From NCBI GenBank assembly GCA_026390585.1, contig JAPLFP010000201.1, positions 1,247 to 65,246 on the forward strand: 64,000 nt of DNA, written 5' to 3'. Below are positions 19,095 to 27,514 of this stretch, piece after piece (the first letter of the stretch is position 1; each line of letters opens with the position of its first letter). The stretch comes from Ignavibacteriales bacterium (GTDB taxonomy: Bacteria; Bacteroidota; Ignavibacteria; UBA10030). The notes beneath the pieces were generated by a model. The model saw only the letters and a list, made by a program, of their open reading frames with translations. It was not told where the DNA came from and did no database searches. The translations under genes and the position numbers were made by a program.

Positions 19095-20261
19095 ATGTTC
19101 CTACTTCAGCAAGGACACGGAATGCTTGGAAGGATCGAGCAATTCCTGGATGAGCATCCACATTCAGGGCTCATCATCTCACCGCGAATCTGTGAAAGAG
19201 ATCAGTTGGAAAGGTACTTGCCTGGATTCAAAAGAGTGGCGAACGCTCAAATATTTTTCGATCCGCATTTCTATGAGCCTCGAACTGACCTGGTTCGCGT
19301 ACTTTCATATCCGTACTTCGAGAACTACAACTTTCAGACGGCCATTTTCGATAGCCGGCAGTTCTGTGAGGAAGTAGTTTCGTATCAAGTGGACGCGCTA
19401 GACCTGGCAAATATCATCTTGCCAGGCAGGTACTCAAACGCGGTTACCGAAGCCTGGCTGGAAATGCAACGAGCATTCGCGGATGTTGGTGCAGCAGCAA
19501 GGCCCGCGAAAACTGTGTATTCGACTATCGCACTTGGGCCTGATGCGATACTGAACGTAGATAGCTGGAATCAGGTTTTGGATGAGGTGGTGAACTATCC
19601 AGTTGACGGCGTATATTTTGTGTTCGAACATCTGAACAACTCTTATTTCATGGATGAGGAGTTCTTGTACGTAATCCTGAATGGCTTGTTAAGTCTGTCA
19701 CTAGCTGGGAAGAAGATAATAGTTGGCTACGCAAATCAGCAAAGTGTTGCTCTGGCAGCAGCCGGAGTTGATTGGTTTGCATCAGGAAACTATCGCAACG
19801 TGCGCTCCTTCGATCATCAGAACAGCACAGATAGAGACACGGAGCACTTCCATCGTGCTGTTTGGTACTTCGATGGCAATACGTTTGGCGAATACCGAGT
19901 GCCGGCACTAGCCCTTGCGTTTCGGCGCGGGCTTCGCGATCATTTCGGTCCAGAAACTGTTCACAGCGCCGATCTGCTTCGGAGTGAGCGACCAGCCCTG
20001 TGGACTGAACCTGCGGCTTTTGCGCATTATCTTCACCTGATGCATGCTTACTGCGAGGGCTTTCGACACGCCCCGAAAGCGGAGCGTGCTGCCAGAGCTA
20101 TGCAGTTCTTTTCGGAAAGGCAAAATGCCACCGATCGGCTCGCAGAGGCCCATTTTAGTTTTGGCGACCGAGGCTTCAATGTCGCCGTACTTGCGACACT
20201 CGCGGCTTTGGAATCCTTCAACCAGGACAGGGCTCAAGATATTCGTCAGTTGAGTGATTGA
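19095..20261 (+). CDS. Hypothetical 388-aa protein, no motif recognised (alternating beta/alpha pattern)
   Basis: The ATG lies 1 nt after the kinase TAA (the track ORF 19044 extension overlaps the kinase and is rejected). Short hydrophobic strands (LIISPR, IFFDPHFY, IILPG, VYSTIALG, GVYFVFEH, KIIVGYAN, VDWFASG) alternate with helices. Confidence 0.6.
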   Translation: MFLLQQGHGMLGRIEQFLDEHPHSGLIISPRICERDQLERYLPGFKRVANAQIFFDPHFYEPRTDLVRVLSYPYFENYNFQTAIFDSRQFCEEVVSYQVDALDLANIILPGRYSNAVTEAWLEMQRAFADVGAAARPAKTVYSTIALGPDAILNVDSWNQVLDEVVNYPVDGVYFVFEHLNNSYFMDEEFLYVILNGLLSLSLAGKKIIVGYANQQSVALAAAGVDWFASGNYRNVRSFDHQNSTDRDTEHFHRAVWYFDGNTFGEYRVPALALAFRRGLRDHFGPETVHSADLLRSERPALWTEPAAFAHYLHLMHAYCEGFRHAPKAERAARAMQFFSERQNATDRLAEAHFSFGDRGFNVAVLATLAALESFNQDRAQDIRQLSD

Positions 20262-20419
20262 CATTGTTTCCGTATCCTACAACAATGCGGGGAGCAAAAA
20301 AAGGGGAATGAACGCTTGCAGAACGGGGCGTGGAGACGCGGGTCCCGGTAAGTTAGCCTCAAGCTCAGAACATGGATGCCTTATTCGGTGAATTTATTCC
20401 GCACACGTCTTGAGGTAAC

Positions 20420-20848
20420 ATGGAAGACACAAAGGCACAAATCGAAGCTGAAAAATGGATACGGGAGGAATACTTGCCGAAGAAGTATGGGCAATCCTTT
20501 CGGCAGAAGAATCTGGACCTTCAGAGCAGAACTCAATCCAAATTTGATGCCGTCTCTGATGACTGTGAGATAGTGGCCATGATATCCACAAGCGCCGGTT
20601 TCACTTCGAGCGATAAGGTAGCGACTGCTGAATTGATGAGGGTCAGGTCGGACGCGCTGCGGTTTCTCATGCTCGAAGCCACACCTCAAAAACGCCTGAT
20701 GATATTTACCGATCACTCGATGATCGACCTCGTGAAGGACGAAAAGAAGAAAGGTCGATTCCCATCAGAGCTTGAGATCCTGAAAATAAAGCTGCCGACT
20801 GATCTTGCGGCAAGGGTTGCCGAATCCCCAAAAACAGAATCAGAATAA
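20420..20848 (+). CDS. Hypothetical 142-aa protein at the distal end of the island
   Basis: ORF with its ATG about 160 nt after the previous stop. KFDAVSDDCEIVAMISTS ... RLMIFTD is vaguely nuclease-fold-like, but I cannot place catalytic residues. Confidence 0.45.
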   Translation: MEDTKAQIEAEKWIREEYLPKKYGQSFRQKNLDLQSRTQSKFDAVSDDCEIVAMISTSAGFTSSDKVATAELMRVRSDALRFLMLEATPQKRLMIFTDHSMIDLVKDEKKKGRFPSELEILKIKLPTDLAARVAESPKTESE

Positions 20849-20893
20849 TTAGATGCTATCTCAAAAACACTCTCGCAAAGCCCCGCTCCTGGG

Positions 20894-20987
20894 TCCCGCT
20901 TATGAGCGGGATCCCAAAAGGCGGGATCGCAAAGTCGCAAAGAAATTTATAAAAGGGTTGTTCTTGGCGAGCTTTGCGCCTTTGCGA
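20894..20987. repeat. Intergenic REP-like element, copy B (homologous to 1903..2010)
   Basis: TCCCGCTTATGAGCGG core, then CGCAAAGT CGCAAAGA, about 30 nt, then CTTTGCGC CTTTGCGA (complementary word doublets). Confidence 0.7.
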
Positions 20988-21333
20988 GAAGAATTCTCAA
21001 GCCATACGACATTTTTGAGATGGGTTCTAGAAGCCATTCCCGATAACAACTACAATGAGGTCGTTTTCCGTTTCATGCTCTCGCGTAGTTGGTAGCTCTC
21101 TTTTCAATTCAGTCAACGCCCCCCAGTTGCCACAGAAATTCTTCTTGCTGCGAATTCAATCTCAAAATGAGAACACGTTATGAGGGCTTGTGTGAACGGA
21201 CTCATTTCAAGCTTACTTTCCCAAGAGTCGTCTCAAGCGCGGAGGAGCCGCTGTGGGTACTTGCACTTCCCAATAAGATAGAGTACTATAACAATCAATT
21301 CAGGATGCACGTTTTCTTTTTGAGGAAATTGAA

Positions 21334-21726
21334 ATGGCAGACCAGCCAAATACCGCCTACGGTGTGACGGGCGTAAAAAGATACTACTCAATTGGTGACA
21401 CCATCGCCCGGATGGGCGAACCCGCGGATGGGTGGTATATTCTCCTCACAGGCAAGATCGGCGTGTTCAAACGGGATTTCACCGTCGCTGAAATTGATAA
21501 ACGTGGAACCGTGTTTGGTGAACTGGGATGCATCCTTCACAGGCCGCGAACGGCAACCCTCCAGGCGCTGGAACCATCGTCGGTGTTGTTTGTGCAGATG
21601 GATATTGACGAAGTTGTCGAAAAACATCCTGAATTCGCGAAAAGAATCCTGGTAGATCTTGCCGATCGTCTTACAAAAACCACCGAATCCTGGTGGTCGG
21701 TTGCGGCAGAACCTGTGGAAAAGTAA
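21334..21726 (+). CDS. Stand-alone cyclic-nucleotide-binding (Crp-type effector) domain protein
   Basis: GDTIARMGEPADGWYILLTGKIGVF ... GTVFGELGCILHRPRTATLQAL: beta-roll with the FGE...R.A phosphate-binding cassette. Confidence 0.8.
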   Translation: MADQPNTAYGVTGVKRYYSIGDTIARMGEPADGWYILLTGKIGVFKRDFTVAEIDKRGTVFGELGCILHRPRTATLQALEPSSVLFVQMDIDEVVEKHPEFAKRILVDLADRLTKTTESWWSVAAEPVEK

Positions 21727-21795
21727 TCCTTTCTTCGAACGAACCCCCCACTAATTCAAAGCCCCTGGCCCAGTTTTTGGGCAGCCTGCATTCCT

Positions 21796-22251
21796 ATGGA
21801 TAAATCAGCAAAACAATTTGACGAAGAGTTGCACGATTTCCTTCAAGGCGCCGGTGCGACGTACCCTCCGAACTGCTTCATTGCGATGAAAGCGGAAATG
21901 ATTCACTATGAATCACGCACTTCGCTGACGGTGAAATTTCCGGTTCTCGATGAAAGTCTAAACCCCTTGCGAACGATGCAGGGAGGATTCATCGTCGCTG
22001 CGTTTGACAACGTGTTCGGCCCTCTGAGTTATGCTGCCGCTCGGTGCCCCTGCGTCACCATGAACCTGAACGCACAATTTATCCGCCCAATTCTTGCTGG
22101 CGACTGGCTGACGATCACCGCAAAAGTGGTCTCGCGGGGAAATCAAATCCTGTACATGACTGCGGAAGCGTTCAATGGAAAAAACAAACTGATCGCGACC
22201 GGCAGCGCGAATGCGATGATGCTGAAATCCGGGCCGAAGGCATCATCCTGA
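21796..22251 (+). CDS. PaaI/4HBT-family hotdog thioesterase
   Basis: NPLRTMQGGFIVAAFDNVFG ... NLNAQFIRP ... LTITAKVVSRGNQILYMTAEAFN. Confidence 0.75.
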   Translation: MDKSAKQFDEELHDFLQGAGATYPPNCFIAMKAEMIHYESRTSLTVKFPVLDESLNPLRTMQGGFIVAAFDNVFGPLSYAAARCPCVTMNLNAQFIRPILAGDWLTITAKVVSRGNQILYMTAEAFNGKNKLIATGSANAMMLKSGPKASS

Positions 22252-22264
22252 TGGTGACTCAACG

Positions 22265-23653
22265 ATGATGTTTGACGATAAACGGGCGGTGTTGGTGGCA
22301 TCGACCACCGCGGCGTTTCTGACGCCGCTGATGGCTTCCTCTGTCAGTGTTGCACTCCCTTCGATCGGCCGGGAATTTGCGATGGATGCACTCTCCGTCA
22401 GTTGGGTGGCAACCTCCGCCGTTCTCGCCGCAGCAATGTTTCTTGTTCCCTTCGGAAGGCTCGCCGACATCTACGGTCGAAAAAGGATCTTCAACTACGG
22501 TGTCATCACGTTCACCATCTTCTCGTTTCTCAGCGGCATTGCGCCCACCGGAGCCACTTTGATTGCGTCGCGCTTGATGCAGGGAATGGGCGCGGCAATG
22601 ATTTTTGGCACCAGCGTCGCGCTGCTGACATTAGCGTATCCACCAGCCGACCGCGGACGCGTTCTGGGCATCAATGTAGCAGGAACCTACACCGGACTTT
22701 CTCTCGGACCGTTCATCGGGGGTTTTCTTACACAACACTTCGGTTGGAGAAGTATCTTCTTCCTCAATGCGATTCTTGGACTGCTTATTATCGTGCTGGT
22801 CATGTGGCGGCTGAAGAGTGAATGGGCAGAAGCGGGTGGCGAAAAGTTTGATATCTTCGGATCGCTCCTCTATATGGCCTCATTGACAGCCCTGATGATC
22901 GGTTTCTCGAAGCTTCCGGGGAGCCTTGGAGTCTGGGGAGTTTGCGCAGGTCTTGGCAGTCTTCTTGGATTCGTTCTGTGGGAAAAAAGAACCCCGAAAC
23001 CACTCCTCGACATCAAACTTTTTGCCCGTAATCCGGTCTTCACCTTTTCGAATATCGCAGCGCTCATCAACTACTCCGCTACGTCGGCAGTCACATTTCT
23101 GGTGAGTTTCTACCTTCAGTATATCAAAGCCCTCAGTCCGCAGACTGCAGGTCTGATTCTCGTCGCACAGCCTATCATGATGGCGCTCTTTTCTCCACTG
23201 GCGGGCCGCCTCTCCGATTCTGTGGAGCCGAGAGTCGTTGCGTCGATCGGCATGTCGATTATTGCCGTGGGGTTGGGATTGCTCGCGATGGTGGGGAGAG
23301 AGACATCCACGGTGTTGGTGACGATCTATCTTCTTCTGCTTGGGTTTGGATTTGCGCTGTTTTCTTCTCCGAATACGAACGCCATCATGAGCTCGGTGGA
23401 GAAAAAACTCTACGGTGTCGCATCGGCGATGTTCGGAACGATGCGATTGACGGGGCAAATGTTGAGCATGGGAATCGTAATGCTCATTTTCGCAGTTGCC
23501 ATCGGTAACGTTCAGATTACGCCGGAATATTATCCGATGTTCCTGCAAAGCATGCAAATCTCATTTGTCGTCTTCTCTGCCTTGTGTGTCTTCGGAGTCT
23601 TCGCCTCCCTCGCCAGAGGAAAGGTGCGGGAAGACAGACAATCGACCCAGTGA
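22265..23653 (+). CDS. MFS transporter (14-TMS DHA2/EmrB-like)
   Basis: GRLADIYGRKRIF (MFS motif A-like), LIASRLMQGMGAAMI, about 14 hydrophobic segments over 462 aa. Confidence 0.85.
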   Translation: MMFDDKRAVLVASTTAAFLTPLMASSVSVALPSIGREFAMDALSVSWVATSAVLAAAMFLVPFGRLADIYGRKRIFNYGVITFTIFSFLSGIAPTGATLIASRLMQGMGAAMIFGTSVALLTLAYPPADRGRVLGINVAGTYTGLSLGPFIGGFLTQHFGWRSIFFLNAILGLLIIVLVMWRLKSEWAEAGGEKFDIFGSLLYMASLTALMIGFSKLPGSLGVWGVCAGLGSLLGFVLWEKRTPKPLLDIKLFARNPVFTFSNIAALINYSATSAVTFLVSFYLQYIKALSPQTAGLILVAQPIMMALFSPLAGRLSDSVEPRVVASIGMSIIAVGLGLLAMVGRETSTVLVTIYLLLLGFGFALFSSPNTNAIMSSVEKKLYGVASAMFGTMRLTGQMLSMGIVMLIFAVAIGNVQITPEYYPMFLQSMQISFVVFSALCVFGVFASLARGKVREDRQSTQ

Positions 23654-23676
23654 GCGTTGAACAACACGAGGTCATT

Positions 23677-25329
23677 ATGAAACAGTTTGCCCGCTTTTCC
23701 CTTTCCGCAATCGTTATCCTTGTCTTCGTCTTTTCCGCGCCCGCGCAGTATGCAAAAGTCTCCAGCGGTTCAAAGATCATGATCTCGGCACATCCCCTGG
23801 CTGCGAAAGCCGGTATGGAGGTCTACAAAAAAGGGGGCAATGTCGTCGATGTTGCGGTTGCGGTGGCGTATGCTCTTGGCGTGGTTGAACCGCACGGCTC
23901 CGGCATTGGCGGAGAGGGGATGATGCTCATCTATGATGCAAAGCAGAAGAAATCCACCATCGTCGACTTCAAAGGGATCTCGCCTCAGGCCGCTTCCTAT
24001 CGTACACTCGACCTCGAAAAGAAATCCGAATGGGCACGATCGGCAAAAGGCGCGGCTATTCCTGGCGCCGTTGCTGGCCTTGAATTTGCGCGCGAGAAAT
24101 TTGGGAAGCTGGATAGAGCAACGGTTCTCCAACCTGCCATTGACTACGCGATCAAAGGGTTTGGAGTCGACAGCACGCTTGCGCTCAATCTGGAATCGTA
24201 TCACAGGATCCTGGAAAAGGATCCTTACACGAAAACCATCTACTATCCGGGCGGCATGGTTCCGAAGGTCGGCGCTATTCTCAAAAATCCCGACTATGGC
24301 AAAACACTCAGCCACATTCAGGCAGGAGGGGTTGACGCGTTCTATAAGGGAGATATCGCTGACCGCGTTGTGCGCGACATGCAGAGACGCGGCGGATTCT
24401 TTACGAAAGAAGACCTGCTGGCTTACAAGCCCATCATCCGGGAAGCGCTCATCGGGAATTATCGCGGGTACGATATCATCACAACTCCACCCCCATGTGG
24501 CGGGATGTTGCTTGTTGAAGCATTGAATATCCTCAAACATTTTGATCTGAAAGAGTGTCGCAAGAACGATGAGTACAACCTGCACCTGTTCGCCGAGGTA
24601 TTCAAACTGGTGTTCAAAGACGAGCAGACCTATAACGGGGATCCTGAGTTTAACAAGATTCCAGTGAGCCAGGTGATGTCGGGCGAATTCGCGTTTCGGA
24701 GATTTCTCAAGATCGACCTCGCTCATACAATCCCGGCCCAGCAAATCGAAGCCGGCACGATAGACGACAAGAACACCACACAGTTGTGCGTCATGGATGT
24801 GGATGGCAACACGGTGTCGTTGACGATCACCCTCAGCAGTCTATTCGGTACGGGTCAAACCGTTGAAGGAGGGGGTTTCATTCTGAACAACGAGATGCAG
24901 AACTTCAATGCCGATCCGAAACATCCCAACAATCTTCAGCCACACAAGCGTGTCGTTACCAGTCTCGTACCGACGATCATCGCCAAAGACGGGCGACCGG
25001 TGTATGTGATCGGTACTCCGGGGGGTGATCTCATCATTTCGACAATCGCTCAAGTCATCGTCAATTTGATCGACTTTGAGATGCCGCTGCGTGAAGCGAT
25101 CTATGCCCCGAGAATGTTCAGCATTTTCACGCAACCGGAGCTGGAAATCGAGGGACGCCACAGGGAGACGAGCTATCGTTTGCTAGGAACATTGGGGCAC
25201 GATGTAAAGCGCTACGAAGGGATTCGCGCCTACTTTGGTGCAGTGCAATCAATCATGTTCGACGCTCGGTCGAACAAACTCATTGGGTGCAGTGATCCGC
25301 GGCGGAGCGGGGCAGCCATCGGAGAGTAA
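23677..25329 (+). CDS. ggt: Gamma-glutamyltransferase
   Basis: Signal peptide MKQFARFSLSAIVILVFVFSAPAQ; GGNVVDVAVAVAYALGVVEPHGSGIGG; autoprocessing/nucleophile region TTQLCVMDVDGNTVSLTITLSSLFGTG; GTPGGDLI. The track start 23584 overlaps the MFS gene and is rejected. Confidence 0.9.
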   Translation: MKQFARFSLSAIVILVFVFSAPAQYAKVSSGSKIMISAHPLAAKAGMEVYKKGGNVVDVAVAVAYALGVVEPHGSGIGGEGMMLIYDAKQKKSTIVDFKGISPQAASYRTLDLEKKSEWARSAKGAAIPGAVAGLEFAREKFGKLDRATVLQPAIDYAIKGFGVDSTLALNLESYHRILEKDPYTKTIYYPGGMVPKVGAILKNPDYGKTLSHIQAGGVDAFYKGDIADRVVRDMQRRGGFFTKEDLLAYKPIIREALIGNYRGYDIITTPPPCGGMLLVEALNILKHFDLKECRKNDEYNLHLFAEVFKLVFKDEQTYNGDPEFNKIPVSQVMSGEFAFRRFLKIDLAHTIPAQQIEAGTIDDKNTTQLCVMDVDGNTVSLTITLSSLFGTGQTVEGGGFILNNEMQNFNADPKHPNNLQPHKRVVTSLVPTIIAKDGRPVYVIGTPGGDLIISTIAQVIVNLIDFEMPLREAIYAPRMFSIFTQPELEIEGRHRETSYRLLGTLGHDVKRYEGIRAYFGAVQSIMFDARSNKLIGCSDPRRSGAAIGE

Positions 25330-25500
25330 AGCGCAAAATCTGTCCGCCCGCGATCAAACAGAAAAACTGCACTCAAGAGGAAAAATCAAAGAAAACGCTG
25401 GTTTCGTCCGGCACCTTTTCCTTGTTTCAAGAAACAAAAAGTTCTTTCTTTCGTTTATCCACGTCAACTTCTAGAGATTCGGTTGAAAAACCCGGCCCTT

Positions 25501-25584
25501 GCCACAAGAGCACGAAGGCACCAAGGAAAAGATTTCAATTCTTCCGTTTCTTCTGATGGTTTGTGTCCTCGTGTCTTCGTGGCA
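25501..25584. repeat. Word-doublet imperfect palindrome (copy C)
   Basis: CACAAGAG CACGAAGG CACCAAGG ... CCTCGTGT CTTCGTGG. Outer GCCAC/GTGGC pair; about 15 of 21 arm positions are complementary. Confidence 0.55.
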
Positions 25585-25669
25585 CAACTTTTCGACCACG
25601 TCTCAAGCGTCAGTAAATTCGCCATCGCCGTGATGGCAGCATTCATCTCACCACCCCCACGGAGACTCT

Positions 25670-27514
25670 ATGCGTAAACTGCTCGCATCATTCATTGTGT
25701 TGTTTCTCTTCGTCGCTCTCGCCGGTTCGGCGTCTGGTCAGGGAATTCCGTCGAAGTATCATTCGTTCGACGAAATGACTAAAGCCATCAAGAATCTTGC
25801 ATCGAGCTACAGCGATATTGTCCGGATGGAATCCATTGGAAAAACTATCAAAGGGCGTGACATCTGGGTCATCACACTGCACAAGGGCGATCCCGATCAG
25901 GCACATGCCATGCTCGTCGTTGGCGGCACAGAGGCGATTCAGATTGCTGGAAGCGAAATGGCACTCCGCTTCGCCGAGCATCTGGCCGCACACTACGGCA
26001 AGGTTGACAGTGTCACAAAGCTCCTGCAAACGACCACCGTGTATGTCATTCCCCGTGTGAGTCCGGATGCAACGGAGGCATATTTTGAGAAACCAGTCCA
26101 TGAAAGCGCAACGAACTATCGCCCAACCGACGATGATCATGACGGTCTTGTGGATGAAGACGACGTTGAGGATCTCAATAATGACGGTGTCATCACAATG
26201 ATACGCATCAAGGATCCACGCGGCGAGTGGATGGTGTACCCTGAAGACTCCCGACTGATGAAGAAGACCGATCCGGCGAAAGGGGAGCGGGGTTCCTACC
26301 TGGTCTATTCTGAAGGAATCGACAACGACAAAGATGAGCAGTGGAACGAAGATGCCGCGGGGGGAGTCGATTTCAATCACAACTTTCCCTTCAACTATCA
26401 ATTCTTCTCACCAAATGCTGGTGTTCATCAGGTCTCAGAGAATGAAACACGCGCAATTGCCGACTTCATATTCTCGAAGCAGAATATCGGCGTTGTTTTC
26501 TCGTTCTCATCCAACGACAACCTGACAACTCCATGGCGCAGCGAACCAAGACGCGCTGCCGCAGCAACCGAAACGCCATCAGCGCCACCTACAGGAGCCA
26601 GAGGGGGAGGCGGTGGATCCGGCTTCATGAGGTCGTCGATGATGGATGAAGCGGCAAGGGGTCCGGTGACTTCCGTCGTTGAAGAAGATCAGCCATACTA
26701 TGAGTACATGAGCAAGCAGTTTCTGGACATCACGAAGCTTACGGGCGCGCCCGAGACGAAGAAAGGTGTGGGAGCTTTTTCGGAGTGGGTGTACTATCAC
26801 ACCGGTCGCTGGTCATTTTCTGCGCGTCCCTGGTGGGCAACAGACCGTGCTCCGAGACGTGACACAGCTTCAGGAGATGCAGCACGTCGCATGCGTCCCT
26901 CCATGGGAGGACGAACACCGCAGAGTACTGCTGAACAACAACCTGATGAGTATGCAGAACAACTCAAAGCGCTCAAATGGTATGACGCGAGCGGCTACAA
27001 GGACATCGCAGTCCCATGGACAAAAATCAAACACCCCGATTTTCCCGATCGCGAGGTTGAGGTCGGTGGCCCGAAACCGTATGTCCTGACCAATCCCCCC
27101 GCCGATAGTCTGAATGCATTCGCTCAACCGTATATGAAGTTCCTTACCTATCTTGCGGGACAACTTCCGGCAATATCGTTGAATAATGTCAAAGTGGAGA
27201 AGGTCAACGAAAACGTCTTTCGCCTGACGCTCGATGTTATGAACAATGGATACCTTCCGACGAACAGCAGTTTGGGTGCGCGAGTGCGGTGGCCCCGAAA
27301 CGTCTATTTGACCCTCAGTCTTGCGAAAGATCAATCGTTGGCAAGCGGTAGAGCGAAGCAACCATTGAGTCCAATCAAAGGGAATGGTAACTCTCAAAGG
27401 ATGAGCTGGCTTATTGTCGGGCGTGCTGGTTCGACCGTTTCGGTGACGGCTGAATGTCCGATTGCGGGGAAAGCCACCGAAACGATTACCTTGCGGGAAG
27501 GAGGCCGGCAATGA
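25670..27514 (+). CDS. M14 carboxypeptidase-like protein lacking the zinc ligands (predicted pseudo-peptidase)
   Basis: YHSFDEMTKAIKNL...IGKTIKGRDIWVITL is the M14 N-terminal pattern. Aligned to the downstream paralogue, DGNIHSNEIQGAE becomes GGTEAIQIAGSE (His to Glu, Glu to Gln). SFHNNGG becomes SFSSNDN (His to Ser). An Asp-rich Ca-binding-like DDDHDGLVDEDDVEDLNNDG is present. Confidence 0.75.
   Translation: MRKLLASFIVLFLFVALAGSASGQGIPSKYHSFDEMTKAIKNLASSYSDIVRMESIGKTIKGRDIWVITLHKGDPDQAHAMLVVGGTEAIQIAGSEMALRFAEHLAAHYGKVDSVTKLLQTTTVYVIPRVSPDATEAYFEKPVHESATNYRPTDDDHDGLVDEDDVEDLNNDGVITMIRIKDPRGEWMVYPEDSRLMKKTDPAKGERGSYLVYSEGIDNDKDEQWNEDAAGGVDFNHNFPFNYQFFSPNAGVHQVSENETRAIADFIFSKQNIGVVFSFSSNDNLTTPWRSEPRRAAAATETPSAPPTGARGGGGGSGFMRSSMMDEAARGPVTSVVEEDQPYYEYMSKQFLDITKLTGAPETKKGVGAFSEWVYYHTGRWSFSARPWWATDRAPRRDTASGDAARRMRPSMGGRTPQSTAEQQPDEYAEQLKALKWYDASGYKDIAVPWTKIKHPDFPDREVEVGGPKPYVLTNPPADSLNAFAQPYMKFLTYLAGQLPAISLNNVKVEKVNENVFRLTLDVMNNGYLPTNSSLGARVRWPRNVYLTLSLAKDQSLASGRAKQPLSPIKGNGNSQRMSWLIVGRAGSTVSVTAECPIAGKATETITLREGGRQ

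Noticed and set aside
23770-24744. 324-aa minus-strand ORF, and the 197-aa plus-strand ORF 23933..24526
   Set aside because: Both overlap the well-supported ggt frame and are rich in Arg/Ser runs typical of out-of-frame translation.
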